Source: Macrostomum hystrix
Lineage: Eukaryota > Animalia > Platyhelminthes
Reading direction: 5' to 3'
Length of the DNA: 64,000 nt
Assembly: GCA_950097015.1 (NCBI GenBank)
Contig: CATNEN010000001.1
Coordinates: forward strand, 23,870,001-23,934,000
Made by a program: the position numbers and the translations under genes. A model generated the notes under the pieces. It saw only the letters and a list, made by a program, of their open reading frames with translations, was not told the origin of the DNA and did not search any database. Shown in pieces: positions 24,549 through 37,049 of the stretch; the first letter of the stretch is position 1; every line of letters starts with the position of its first letter.

Positions 24549-25261
24549 ACCCAGACAGCTTAAATAAGTTTTTTTAAACCGTGCGGATAATTGAAAGCTT
24601 TGTGACATTAACTTATTTTGCCCGTCGCACATTCCACACGCCTTGGCCAATAGCAGCACAGCATACTAGTACCTGTAGTAGTACTAGTACCTGACTGCTA
24701 ATTGTTCTCATTTGCTTTTGCGTCGCTGCTTTGGATATGGGATTATGCAAATTTATTTTCTTGCAATCAAGTCCAAATCCCCTTCATTCGTCACGGCATT
24801 GTCATCCATCATTTTCTCGAATGCCCGTTTCACCCTACTAGCCCGGAGTCAGTAGTTCTTATCGCTCTTTATCATTTCTTATTGTTTTATTAGCTTTCTT
24901 TATTCGTTGTTGAAATGCTCCATTTTTCCCTTTTTGTGGAAATTCAAAATGAGAAATTCTACGAACTCAAACGCTGGCGAAACCGTTTCTCGCATATTGA
25001 AGAGTTAAAAAGCATATCTATATTTAAGAGTCCATTCAAATTGCCAATCAGCACAATGTCACCCCACTGTACAGTTGCACACACATGGTAGTATGCCTGG
25101 CTATGTACCAGTTTATATAAATGCTTCAATTGTTGTTATCTGTTAAATAAACGTAGCACAAATTTCAGGTGAAGGAATACAAATCCTATTTAGCACTTTA
25201 GTCTCTTGTTTCTAAATTTTGATGTGCAAAACAGTTAGAAAACATTCTCCAACACACATTG

Positions 25262-26400
25262 GACGCTCATGACCACGAAATAGCAGTTCATGACCGGAAA
25301 ATAACCGCTCATGACCAGATACAGAAAGCTCATAACCCGAAAAAGAATGCTCATGACCAGATACAGAAAGCTCATAACCCGAAAAAGAATGCTCATGACC
25401 AGAAAAAGTCACTAATGACCAGAAATCGGATGTTCATGACCAGAAATCGGTTGCTCATGACCAGAAATAGGATGCTCATGACCAGAATTTGGTTTTTCAT
25501 GACCAGAAATCGGTTGCTCATGACCAGAAATTGGTTCTTCATGACCAGAAATCGGTTGCTCATGACGAGAAGTAGGATGCTCATGACAAGAAATCAGATG
25601 CTCATGACCAGAAATCAGATGCTCATGACCAGAATATATCGATTAACAAGAAACTTCATGACCAGAAATTTGATGCTCATGACAAGAAATCAGATGCTCA
25701 TGACCAGAAATCAAATGCTCATGACCAGAATATATCGATTAACAAGAAACTTCATGACCAGAAATTTGATGCTCATGACAAGAAATCAGATGCTCATGAC
25801 CAGAAATCGGATGCTCATGACCAGAAATCGGATGCTCATGACCAGAAATCGGATGCTCATGACCAGAATTTGGTTTTTCATGACCAGAAATCGGTTGCTC
25901 ATGACCAGAAATTGGTTCTTCATGACCAGAAATCGGTTGCTCATGACGAGAAGTAGGATGCTCATGACAAGAAATCAGATGCTCATGACCAGAAATCAGA
26001 TGCTCATGACCAGAATATATCGATTAACAAGAAACTTCATGACCAGAAATTTGATGCTCATGACAAGAAATCAGATGCTCATGACCAGAAATCAAATGCT
26101 CATGACCAGAATATATCGATTAACAAGAAACTTCATGACCAGAAATTTGATGCTCATGACAAGAAATCGGATGCTCATGACAAGAAATCGGATGCTCATG
26201 ACAAGAAATCAAATGCTCATGACCAGAATATATCGATTAACAAGAAACTTCATGACCAGAAATTTGATGCTTATGACCAGAAATCGGATGCTCATGACAA
26301 GAAATCGGATGCTCATGACCAGAAATCAAATGCTCATGACCAGAAATAGGATGCTCATGACCAGAATATATCGATTAAGAAGAAATTTCATGACCAGAAA
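25262..26400. repeat. Minisatellite, ~21 bp unit (ctcatgaccagaaatcggatg) with block duplications
   Basis: Tandem copies. The variant block at 25481 recurs at 25862. Confidence 0.93.
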
Positions 26401-26940
26401 AGAGATACTGTTTCTGAGACACAAATTTAATGAAACTCTACTTATCAAACGATATTTTTCCCGTCTGGTCATGAAGTCGTGAAAGTTTTCAGAAATACGT
26501 AAGCAAAAGATTGTGGAAATAAATAGTTATATCTGATTTAACTTGCCTAGATTTTTTTTAGTTTTTTATAAGCAGAATTTACACACGAAATGAAATTTAG
26601 TAATAGAAACAAAACCAAATGAGATTTAAATGACATAAAAATGCAAGGAGGTCATGCCTCAACTATTAATTAAACTGTCAAAATCTAATTGGGAAAAAAT
26701 GAACTAGCATAAGCAAAATTAGACAAGCATATGGAATGTCCCATAATGAAGCGTCCACATGGGTATCTGATGTTTCCTGGAAATGAAGATGGTAATCTAT
26801 AAATAGCAACAGAGCAAACGCTCACCTTGTTTTTAGTCAATGGACGGTCGATGATTTAGTTAAAGAAAAACTCGCAAAAGCCACACCTCCTTAATGTACT
26901 TTTAGGCAAACGTCCTTCTGTAATCAACATCTTTGCAGAA

Positions 26941-27175
26941 GAGGCAATTCTGCCCATTTCGCTGACTCCTGAGCACACACTCACACAGGTGTGTACATCT
27001 GCCCTGACTAACTTTTCTGACTTTCATTTTCAGGCTGAGAACACTCTCACTGTGCCTTAGAGGCTGGCCCTCAAATGCGTAAATGCACGACAAGCCCCCA
27101 AGCCTTCTCTCCGCTGCTGCACCCACAATGAATGTGGCCTCGCCGCGGAATCGAGCTCAGGGACCTTAGTGCAAG
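26941..27175 (-). mobile_element. SINE family A copy, internally deleted
   Basis: Conserved SINE blocks on the reverse strand. Confidence 0.85.
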
Positions 27176-27350
27176 ACATGTGCAACGTCCTTCTACTCCA
27201 ACCATTTTGCTTCTTATCTGTGAAAACAGTCAGTAAGCAATGTGAGCATAGCAGACAGCCAGCTCACTACATTTTGTGAGACTACGGAGATTCGCATTGC
27301 ACTCTGATCTCTCCAAATATGCCGAGTTCATCGTGTAGGGGGAGGTGCTG

Positions 27351-28406
27351 TCAGGTGAGATGATAGACTAGGAAGGCGTACCGAAGGAGATCGAACTCGG
27401 GTCCCAGGACCCAGCAGGCAGGTACAAACCAGCACAGGTAGGTCCCGTAGTACAGGGCACCCACAGTGGTTGGCAGGGCGTATCTGCTGGGCTGAAAGTG
27501 CTTTCTTCTGCGCAGAAGACACTCGGCAAATACGCGGTCGCACTCGCAGAATGCGACCTGGCAGCTGCCCTGCTGCCTGGGACAGCTCACCTGGCGACTG
27601 TGGGCTCGCCACTGCCAGCTGTAGGGAGTTATGTAGCCAGTCAGGTGGCCGCAGTGTCGGGACTCGTGAACTGAGTCGAAGCATCTGCGGGCGCCAGTGG
27701 GGGACATTGCTGTGCTACTGAGGGGTGATTGAGGGAGAGGGGAGAGAGGGAATATTAGAAGGGAGAGGAAGAAAGAGGGGAGGGGGGGAAAAGGGGAGTG
27801 GGAGAAAGAGGGGATTGGGAGAAAGAGGGGATTGGGAGAAAGAGGGGAGTGGGAGAAAGAGGGGATTGGGAGAAAGAGGGGATTGGGAAAAAGAGGGGAG
27901 AGGGAAAAAGAGGGGAGAGGGAGAAAGAGGGGATGGGGAGAAAGAGGGGAGTGGGGGAAGAGGGGAGAGGAAGAAACATGATGAAAACATTATTAGGCGG
28001 ATAGATTTGCCATTTATTCCCATCTCAACACCAATTGTAACGAGTGTGATTGATGTGGAGAATGAGAAGTATGAGAACAGCGGAGGCCGTAAGGCCAGAT
28101 TAGGGATTAGAAATCAGGCATTCTCCCAATCCCATGGGCTAACTTGTCGTGCACGTGGCAGCAGTCATCGATGGGGTCCAGCACAGGGCCGTGGCCACCG
28201 TAGCCGCACCAGTTGGCGTAGCCGAGTAGCCGCAGCGGCTCGATGCCCGTGACTGTGCGCACCATGTTGCGCAGGGTGACAATGCTCCGCCTGGATCGCG
28301 AGCTGATTGGCCTGGTAGAAGCTTGCTCTGGAAGCAACAGCAGCAGCAGCAGCTGAGCCGTCATTGTCATGGCAACGAGGGCGGCTAGCGTCTGTGGCAA
28401 CCGCAT
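27351..28406 (-). CDS. Secreted phospholipase A2 (group I/II-like fold); exons 28406-28144 and 27684-27351
   Basis: Signal peptide, RSRR propeptide site and Ca2+-loop YANWCGYGG. The catalytic DDCCHVHD(K)CF spans a phase-2 junction, followed by CECDR. Confidence 0.88.
27720..27975. repeat. GA-rich minisatellite in the PLA2 intron
   Basis: Tandem gggagaaagagggga(g/t)t units. Confidence 0.85.
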
Positions 28407-28546
28407 TTCGGAGTTCGTTGGACCTCAAATCGAAATGACGCATAGATTAACTTTTTTCTATTTCTATTTAGCAGACAGTGTCCTATCCGTGTCCCAACCT
28501 GTCTACTGTCCAGTAGAAATGCTTGTTTGATCAACCCTAAATATAA

Positions 28547-28804
28547 GGGGGTGAAGTGGCCGAGCGGTCTGATGCGCTTGCCTCTCGCACGAAGGTCCCT
28601 GAGCTCGACTCCGCAGCGAGGCCACATTTATTAGGGACGCAGTCGCGGAGACATGGCTTTTTTACGCGCATGAGGGCCAACCTCCAAGGCACAGCGAAGT
28701 CTACACTGCCTGACGATGAGAAAGTCAGGGCAGATGTACACACACCTGTGTGAGCGTGTGCGCAGGTGTTGGTGGAATGAGCAGAATGGCCTCCTCGCTG
28801 GCTA
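28547..28804 (+). mobile_element. SINE family A copy with an intact tRNA-like head
   Basis: A-box TGGCCGAGCGG (28557), B-box-like GAGCTCGACTCC, then the conserved body. Confidence 0.88.
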
Positions 28805-30464
28805 GACTAAATTAAACTAAACTAAATAATGTGCCAGTGTCGTATATAGTTTTTATTTAACATTTCTGGCCACCAAAGTCTACTTCTCCTAATAATAGCC
28901 ATTCTCTATTCTCGACCTTTTCCCACCTTCGGAATTTCAGACTTCGGATCAAGAGGTCCAGAGTTCGATTCTAAGCCCAGTGGAAGACACTTCTCCTTTG
29001 CTTGAGTTCCTCCAGCTATCGGTGTGTGTACCCCACAGTCCACGGACTGAGCAGCTGTACACATATGTTGCTGCAATTGCTTCGGGTGGACCTTTACCTG
29101 TGCTACCAGCTGGGATAATTGAAGGTGGGTGGGTCTGATCCATGGACTGATCAGCCGTACGCAGCCTTCAGATGCGCCGCGCAATAGCTGCGGCTGTGCT
29201 GTCGGCTGCACATCTGGCCCAATCGGACAGGTGTAATCAATTATTATTATTTGACTGTGACCACAATGGACTATAACTATCATTAATACACATTCATGCC
29301 TATTACAAACCCCAAGGAATGTCTTCTCATCTTCGTTAATCTGTACAGAAGACACAAATCAATAAAATACAGAAGAGAGCAGATACTTACTCTGGACAAG
29401 CCAACCACTTTTCCTTTCTGTGCCGTGAGACCGTGCCGTGAGACCGCTCGGTCTCACACAGAGAACATGACGATGGACTTATCAGGGAAAGTATTGATCA
29501 TTTGAAACAACTCAGTTCAGTCGCATACGCAGAGCACCGTTTGACACCTTGAGAAACTTTCGGTTGGTCGCTAAAAACAAGATAAACCTTTCTAGAAGAA
29601 AGTTAGCTATTGTCTATTTATTGTTGCAATCTCTACACCTCCACCATGAAAAATCAGAGGCCAGTAGATAAGATAAGCAGTCAAGATTGCCATTGTAGCT
29701 GAAGCCCACTGTCGAACTTCGGACAAGCCTGCAGCTTTCACTCATATCTGAGAATGCTGTGACGTACCCGCTGTGTGATTCACCGATCTTAAATTTCACA
29801 TTGCAACAAGTTCAGTAATTCAGTTCGGCCTGAAGACAAGGCCACTTCAGGTGCGGAATCTCGTAACAAATGGAAAAGGTCACAATAAAAACGGAGTTCG
29901 TTAGAAAACAAAAATTTCTTATACGACTTTGCAGTCTTTCTACTCCAATAAAAGCATTACATTAGCATATTGTTTGTTTATTTCAAGAAAATGATAAAAT
30001 GTGTCTTCTAAGCACCAAATTAAAATGACATGAAAACAAGAAATTAGCAAAAACAATGTAAACTAAACAATATGCATTGGCACAGCCTTGAGATGGAAGT
30101 TTAAAGTAAAGACCACAAAGCTGAAAATTCACTTACACTTCTATGAGATCGGTATGATCATTTAAAAAACTAAAAAATGTGTCATAAATAAAAACTTAAG
30201 CACCACACACAAACTATACTACTTAATAAAGTAGATTGGAAGACATTTAATACACAAAACAAAGTCCGGAGACGTCTGTAAGTCACAAAAGTCAAAGAAA
30301 TCTGGTGAAAAAAAAACAATTTAAAGTCAAAAAAGATCTAAGAGATTTCATTTGGGTAAAAAGGAAGTAAAGGTGAGCTTAGTGAATGCCACCGAGGGCA
30401 GTTCAAAGTTAAGCAATAAATCAAATAAGCCGAATTGAATCAATCCAACTGTCAAGAGACCAAA

Positions 30465-31448
30465 TCACAGGTGCTTGGTGATGCACCAGTTGACCCCGTC
30501 AGCCCCCTGCTCCGTATCGATGGGGTACAGGAGCAGCACAGGCCAGGTATACCAGTTCCCAAGTGCCATTCTCAGATTGCCATAGACGCCGAGGTTATAG
30601 CGAGTCACATTGTGGCCCAGCTCGAAGAAGGTCTGTCCGCGCAGCAGTAGGATTGTCTCCATCAGCAGGTAGACAAAGGCCACGCCAAGGCAGCCGGCCT
30701 GGAGGTAGACGCTGAGAACAAGACCCACGCTGACCAGTGTGCAGCTGCCAAAGATGCATCTCCACAAGGTGAGGGGCAGGAACAGGTTGCCAGGCTCCTG
30801 GAAGCTGTCAGTCAGGCCCACAGAGACAAAGTACAGGCCCATCAACAGGCCGGCAATGCTGTAGAGGCACAGGACCACGAAATGCTTCTGGTTGTAGTGA
30901 CCGATGCAGCAGGTCAGAAAGTAGCAGTGGTGGTCGCGCCGCAGCACACACTCTTTGCAGATCTTGCAGTGATGCGACCTGGGCGGCGCGTCCTTCTGGC
31001 ACTGCAGGCAGGCCCGCCAGCCGAACTGACCTCCGGCAGCCTTCGCGCCAGCAGCAACAATGGGATTTTCCTTGTTACCCGTCCTGCTAAACACCACATT
31101 CTTGTCGTAGTGCCGGTTTATGCAAGCGAAGAAGTTCATAAAGTTTTCAGTCATTACAAACAGACTGACAACAGTGATAATAGCCCATTGAGCAGTGCTC
31201 AGGTCCATTGTTGGCAGGACAAAGAGTACACAGTAAAGTGGTACAGCCAGCAGGCTGTATAGATATGAAAAAAATCCCATACGATGCAGGTGGTACGGCT
31301 TAGTTGAGAAATCCCGATTATTGTAGTGATCCTTTAACTGATTCATCAGCGAAGCCTGAGAGGCGTCGCAGGACTCCACCGATCTGTTGTCACTGCCAGC
31401 TGCTGCACTACCCCGCTTCGTCACGTTGGAGCCAGTTGTGGACTGCAT
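30465..31448 (-). CDS. DHHC palmitoyltransferase (ZDHHC22/24-like), single coding exon
   Basis: C..C....PPRSHHCKICKECVLRRDHHC....CIG..N.KHF, with several TM segments and a late TFFE/YNLG..GNL motif. The ATG directly follows the acceptor ttccag. Confidence 0.9.
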   Translation of the reverse strand: MQSTTGSNVTKRGSAAAGSDNRSVESCDASQASLMNQLKDHYNNRDFSTKPYHLHRMGFFSYLYSLLAVPLYCVLFVLPTMDLSTAQWAIITVVSLFVMTENFMNFFACINRHYDKNVVFSRTGNKENPIVAAGAKAAGGQFGWRACLQCQKDAPPRSHHCKICKECVLRRDHHCYFLTCCIGHYNQKHFVVLCLYSIAGLLMGLYFVSVGLTDSFQEPGNLFLPLTLWRCIFGSCTLVSVGLVLSVYLQAGCLGVAFVYLLMETILLLRGQTFFELGHNVTRYNLGVYGNLRMALGNWYTWPVLLLYPIDTEQGADGVNWCITKHL

Positions 31449-33829
31449 CTGGAACAGTATTTCGTCAATTTTAAGCAAAAATATCCCAATAGTAAAAAAT
31501 CTATCGAGTTGAAACTCAGCTTTAGAAGTCAATTTTTTTATAATTGATAATTATATTAAATGATTCCTTTGTATTCTTTCTAGACAAAACATTAAACTAA
31601 ACAGCTTAGATTATAATCAAAAGATTTACAAAAAATGAACAAGAATAAAAAACAAAAAACTATATTGACTCTTTCTTATGGTTTCTGCTGAGTTTAATTA
31701 ATAACTAATAAACACAAAGCTCCAAGAAGTTTTTTATCTTACTATATGAAAACGACAAATGCCCTGTTACTTAAATGAATAGTGCGAAACACATAAATAA
31801 GATGGGCGGGGATGGCTATAGTAGGCAACATAAAACAAAATTAACTAGACATTTGCAATTTCAAATTGGTTTAATTGGTGGTGTTCGTTGACGTTACATA
31901 AAACTCGACACACATATGTGTCGGAACTTGTTTCCCACGGTAAATAAATTTCATTTAGGCAAAACAATGTCCTTTTAAAAAGTATGCGGCACTGGTTGCA
32001 GGCGAAGTAACAAACGCAGTTATAATTAAAGGATATGTAAAGAAAACACATTTATTTCTAGAAGCTGACGCGACAACTTTGAATGCTAAAATGGTCACAA
32101 TGATACTAGAGATTTTACTCAAGAGTTATAATTCGTTTTGAAATTTGACTTTAAGTCTTTCAACGTGCCTGCAAGTCTTAGAGCAAAAAGACTGACTTAG
32201 TCAATTGTTGATTCAACTGGTATTATTGCGCTAAATTGTGCCAAATTGTGTGAAAGTCTGAATTGTGCCAAATGCATTTGATTCTGAGGATGAGAGTTGT
32301 AATACTAGTATTTAGCCATGCCCATACAATACCTACCTAACATGACATGTAGTTGCTGATAGTACGAAGCATTGAATGAATTTCTTCATATAAAAATTGT
32401 AAAAATGTCTAGCAATGAAAATAGGTATAGTATATAGTATAGTATAGAATCTAGTATAGAATATAAATAGTATATACATTTAAATAAACAATTGTCCAAT
32501 AATTTGGCTATCTTAGCTAATAATTGTGTACAACATTTAACCTAGGATGGACCACTTTGAGTCAGACTAGTGGTCCCTTCATTCAACATGCATGTATTTT
32601 ATCTTTGATTTGCCAAAGTGATTTGTTACTGAAATGGTTGTTGTCAAAGTGACTAGGGCCTAAAAAGTTGCCTAATAATTGCCTAATAGTTGCCTAGCTT
32701 ACTATGCTAGTTGACTAAATGGTTGTTGCCAAATTGTCTTGTTGTGTAAGTGGACTGGTACCAAATTAATCAGCTATCTGTGGGACTTTGTACATTGTAC
32801 ATTGTAGACATTAAACTCATTAAGGTAGCTTCAGTTGGCTCTAGAATCTAGTACTACTTTTTTTACAAGAAGCCTTTAAACAGTTTTTGATATATTATAT
32901 ACAGAAAATATTTGTAAACTGAAATATTAATTTCATAAAGTCATATAGCAGTATTGCAGTGAGCACCACAATTCCTAGTTTTGTCTATGTCAAATCAACT
33001 CAGCACCCATTGTTTTGGAACCAAGTGATTAAGATTGTATTTGTACTCTAGTTTTTCATCAATCTCTACAATGTGGACAATATTTCCAATGCCTTAAAAA
33101 GTACTTAACTTAATCATCTCAGCAAAAATTTCATTGAATAGACTACTGTATGCTCATTTCCAATTTCAAGTTATCTCATGATAGATTCTTTGTATTCTAT
33201 AGCCATACAGCATATGCCATAAGCACTACATCAAAAGAATGCAAAATATGACAAATAAGCTATATTAGCAGCAGTAGGCCTATATGAATGTTAGGCCTAT
33301 TGGCAGATATTAGTACAAGTACAGTAGATACTTGTATAAATTTTTGCTACAAAAGATGTAAAATAGTTTGAACCTTTGAAACACTTCAACATCAGGTTGT
33401 AGTTGTGTTTTGCATGCAATTTTTATTTAAAAAATAGGCCTATACTCGTATACTTCTAAATGTGAAAATTGATTGTCAGCTCAAATGTTTTTGCAAAGTT
33501 TACTAGTACATGATTGTATTACTAGTTTCTTATATCAACTAAAAAGTTATTTTGTACTTGAATGCATATATATCAATTAGGTTTTTTATTTATATCTTAT
33601 AAATGTAAGATCTATGAGTCCTACTAAACTTCGCTTTTTATGTTGCTTTTCGTTGTTCATTTAAATGTGTTGTTAAAAAAAATATATAAAAAAAATCAGC
33701 ACCCATAGATGGCGTGCGCGTCTTAATAATAATAATAATAATAATATGAGCTTAAGCTTCTGTTGCAAAGTGCATAAGTGCTAAAAAAAATTGCTATGAA
33801 TTAGTATGAACCCAATGGGTACCAATCTA

Positions 33830-34411
33830 TGTATTTGCAGGGGGCCCGGGGCACTTGTCACACAAGTGATGGAGCGGCATGCCCCCAGACTGGCGAACTA
33901 GGCGCTTAGCGCCTATTGTGCTGCCTCCCCTAAGCAGGCACCACACACAGCAGCACAGACCAGCCAGGGAGGGCAGGAGGCACCCAGAATAGACAACAGT
34001 GCCCCCCACCCCAGCCCAACACGCATAGAGCAGACCAAGCCAGGGGGAAGGCTGATAAGAAATCAGTCCTCAGGGGGAGCGGGTGATGAGTGTATACTTA
34101 TCCAATCGCGCTGACGGATATCTAGAAAGTGTGCGGCGCCAGTGTACACCCACCCCCCAGCCACCACCTGCAAGGCCTCACGCTCCCAACGCCAATGCAC
34201 ACAACTCACACAACACAGAACAGGCACACAGAAGGTAGGAGCGAAGCTATTATTTCAAGCTTTGATTGCACGAAATATGGTGCACCTCCATCAGTTGCTA
34301 CTGTCCATACCCACCAACAAGTCCCGAAATTAATTGTGACTTGAAGGGAGAATCAAACTAGTGTCCTTTGGAGTGCGAGGCAGCAACGCTAGCTGCTGAC
34401 CCACTCGACCC
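33830..34411 (-). mobile_element. Probable second SINE family (decayed tRNA-like head, GC-rich body)
   Basis: The reverse strand starts gggtcgagtgggtcagcagctagcgttgctgcctcgcactccaaagg...gtttgattc. It forms a GC island in very AT-rich DNA. Only one copy is present here. Confidence 0.4.
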
Positions 34412-35232
34412 TTAATAGCTACCAGTACTGTTTTTAGTAAAATGCAAACAATAAGGTCCCTATGATTTTGCCTTAAGAATTGTCTTTAGTATAAATGTAT
34501 TTGTATACAAAATTTTTAATATACAAAACTTTTTGTATACAAAAAATAATTTTTTTTATCATGCATATGTTTTAAATATAAAAGGCATGAGAACATAGGG
34601 CATATGTTTAGCTTTATTTGTTAGTTTTTTGACACAATTGCTATACTAATTAATAAAATTGTACTAATTTAATGGTGCATATTCAGTTTTCTATAAAATT
34701 CATATCACATTAGCTATACATGTTATATTGACCACCTAGGCTTAGTGCTATGATATTTGTGTTATGACAGTGATTAGTGGCTTTTTAAAATATATTATTA
34801 TGGCAAATCTCAAAGTTCAAAGTTGTTATCAAGTTAATTAGTAGATTTAGATTTTTTTAAATTCATTAGTACTAATGATGCTAAATATAATTACTCCTGA
34901 ACTAGAATGTAGTTATATTCATGGCTTAATAGACAATTTTTACAGCAGACCACATCCCTCTATTTTACCTTTCTTACTTCGTACTTGCCACTGGCGGATA
35001 TAAAGAATCCTACATAGCTTTCTATTTTTATTAGCTTGTTCTTACATTTGTTTTGTAGAATTCAACTCGAATGTCGTAAGCTCGTACAGATAATTTTTTC
35101 TTGCTAATTGCTAGTCTTCACGATTTATTATTTTACAGCTAGCAGAACAACAGGCAAGACAATGGTTGCTTGAAGCTCCAACAGTTAAAAAAAGACTTAT
35201 TTTGGATAATCTCTCAGCAATTAGCAGCTCGA

Positions 35233-36744
35233 ATGTCTTCGGCACTGTTCCAATTAGATGACGACGAAGACGACGCTCTGTTTGCCTCTGTGCCAATGCC
35301 GGACTTTCACAATGATAATCCGGTCGCAACTGGCGCATTGTCCTATGGTGCAGGAGATCAAGAGGCCTCCACTGTGCCAAAGCAGCCGCTGTATCAGCAT
35401 CAGCAGCAGCAGTTTGAGAGGCAGTCTTATCGCTCCTTAGAAGTGTCAAACGAGACATCGGTGACTCCTGTGGCTCAGTCAACGCAGCTTCTGACTCGAC
35501 AGCAGCAGCAGCAACCGTCGTCATCATCCCGCGGCAAATCGACGCATCGCCGATCGGCGGGAAAATTTCCCGGCCCGGCTGGTCGGCTGCCCCGACTGCG
35601 GGTCGATCCCAGCCGTGGCAGCGCGAATCCCTTCGCTGCGGCTGCTCGTCAGCTGGTTGCATCTGCCGCGGCGGCCGCTAGCTCTAGACGGGAGGAGCGA
35701 GCAACCGCCGCCACTGCAGCCACTGCTGGCTCCACAAAAGCTGGCGCGGGCGCCGGCCTCATCATCGCCTCATCCTCACAGACCTCCACAGTGTCGAATT
35801 CGTCATCCCAGTCTGGCTTGGAAGATGAGGCATCTTGGTCTGCCGCTGCCGCCGACCTCGGCCCGGGTCTCTGTCGCTACCTCAGTCGCTACAGCATTGC
35901 CGAGGCTGTCCGTCTAGTTGCCGCGGGCTCCTTGCCCCGCAACAAGGTACCAGCCATGCTGGTCATGATTGAGACCGTCGATCCCAGCGCCGTGGACTGC
36001 GTGGCCACCGTCAAGGACTCCACAGGGCGGCTGCAGGCCACCCTGCATCGGCAGTTATTTCGCGATCTGCGCGATCGTGTCCAGTCCGGCTCTTCGCTAG
36101 TGCTCAGGCGGGTGACTCTATTTAGCGCGGACCAGCGGAGCTACTACCTGAACATCACCATGGATAACATTGTCCGGGTGTACGATCGTTCCGGCTCGCC
36201 TCTGGCCACCTCGGCCTGTCCCGCTAATTCGGCGAACTCCAATGCGTTGCTTAGCGACGATGAAGTGCGCCAATTAGAAGCCGAGTGCATGAGGCCGCGC
36301 ACGCCGCCTACTGTACAGGCGCAGCAGCAGGCAGCTTCCAGTCACAGGCGATGGAGCTCAGTTGATCAGACACCAACTGGTGCTGGAGTCAGTCGGCCCC
36401 AGCCTCCTAAGCGTTTTTCCGATAGTCGCTTCTGCGATGTTTCTGGCGCGGGAAGTTCCACTGCATCACCCTACACTGCTGCTGCTGCTGCGGCAAGTCC
36501 AAGTTCTTTCAGTAGCAACGATACTCCAGTTGGTGCTAAGCGATTCAGGTTTACTCCGATTAGTCATCCGAATAGGCCCCAGACGGAACAGCAGCAGCAG
36601 CAGCGCTGTCATTCGCATCCGCAGCAGTCTCGGCAGCAGCAGCAGCAGAGTCGGCCTGACACCCGGGTGCTGCAGGAATCCTACAGGGATGCATTCGATG
36701 ATAACATGGACGAAATTTTAGCTAGCGCTCTGGATGACATTTGA
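35233..36744 (+). CDS. HROB: HROB / C17orf53 / MCM8IP-like OB-fold homologous-recombination factor, intronless
   Basis: KVPAMLVMI...KDSTGRLQATLHR...GSSLVLRRVTLFS...YYLNITMDNIVRVY domain within low-complexity flanks, and an acidic C-terminus. Confidence 0.82.
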   Translation: MSSALFQLDDDEDDALFASVPMPDFHNDNPVATGALSYGAGDQEASTVPKQPLYQHQQQQFERQSYRSLEVSNETSVTPVAQSTQLLTRQQQQQPSSSSRGKSTHRRSAGKFPGPAGRLPRLRVDPSRGSANPFAAAARQLVASAAAAASSRREERATAATAATAGSTKAGAGAGLIIASSSQTSTVSNSSSQSGLEDEASWSAAAADLGPGLCRYLSRYSIAEAVRLVAAGSLPRNKVPAMLVMIETVDPSAVDCVATVKDSTGRLQATLHRQLFRDLRDRVQSGSSLVLRRVTLFSADQRSYYLNITMDNIVRVYDRSGSPLATSACPANSANSNALLSDDEVRQLEAECMRPRTPPTVQAQQQAASSHRRWSSVDQTPTGAGVSRPQPPKRFSDSRFCDVSGAGSSTASPYTAAAAAASPSSFSSNDTPVGAKRFRFTPISHPNRPQTEQQQQQRCHSHPQQSRQQQQQSRPDTRVLQESYRDAFDDNMDEILASALDDI

Positions 36745-37049
36745 AGGATTCGAGTAGATAGTAACTGTTTTCAGAAGACAAGAAGTTTTTTTACTTCTAT
36801 CATACATGCCCTAACGCCACTGTTAGTCTCTTATTTTGCCTTAATCCCTACGCTAAGATTCCACTAAGAGGCAAGGCTGAATTCAGCCCAACTGTTGCAT
36901 TGTCATATTCTTATATTGCAATTAGTAGAAGTATATGTTTATTTACATATATACAAAATACGAAAAGTGTTTACATGTTTGTCTCGTGTTTTTTACCTAA
37001 AATTGCTAATTTGAGTATTATATTATTTATTTTGTCTGTGATTATAAAC

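Noticed and set aside
25259-26482. 407 aa MTRN-repeat ORF
   Set aside because: It is a stop-free frame of a 21 bp tandem repeat with no gene context. The same applies to the repeat ORFs at 10.6, 15.9, 17.0, 18.3-19.3, 20.7, 23.9, 39.1, 40.1, 41.5, 45.7 and 61.0 kb.
28363-28376. X-box-like ATTGTCATGGCAAC in PLA2
   Set aside because: It lies within signal-peptide codons, is imperfect and has no independent support.
28547-28625. tRNA gene
   Set aside because: It has no proper cloverleaf or anticodon arm and runs into the repeated SINE body, so it is a SINE head.
28710-28730. CTGACGA...GAAA in the SINE body as a hammerhead
   Set aside because: The spacing leaves no stem II, and the segment is better explained as the ctgac/gtcag hairpin.
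28940-29060. B-box GAGTTCGATTC as a third SINE or tRNA
   Set aside because: No clear A-box or second copy is present in the window, so boundaries cannot be set.
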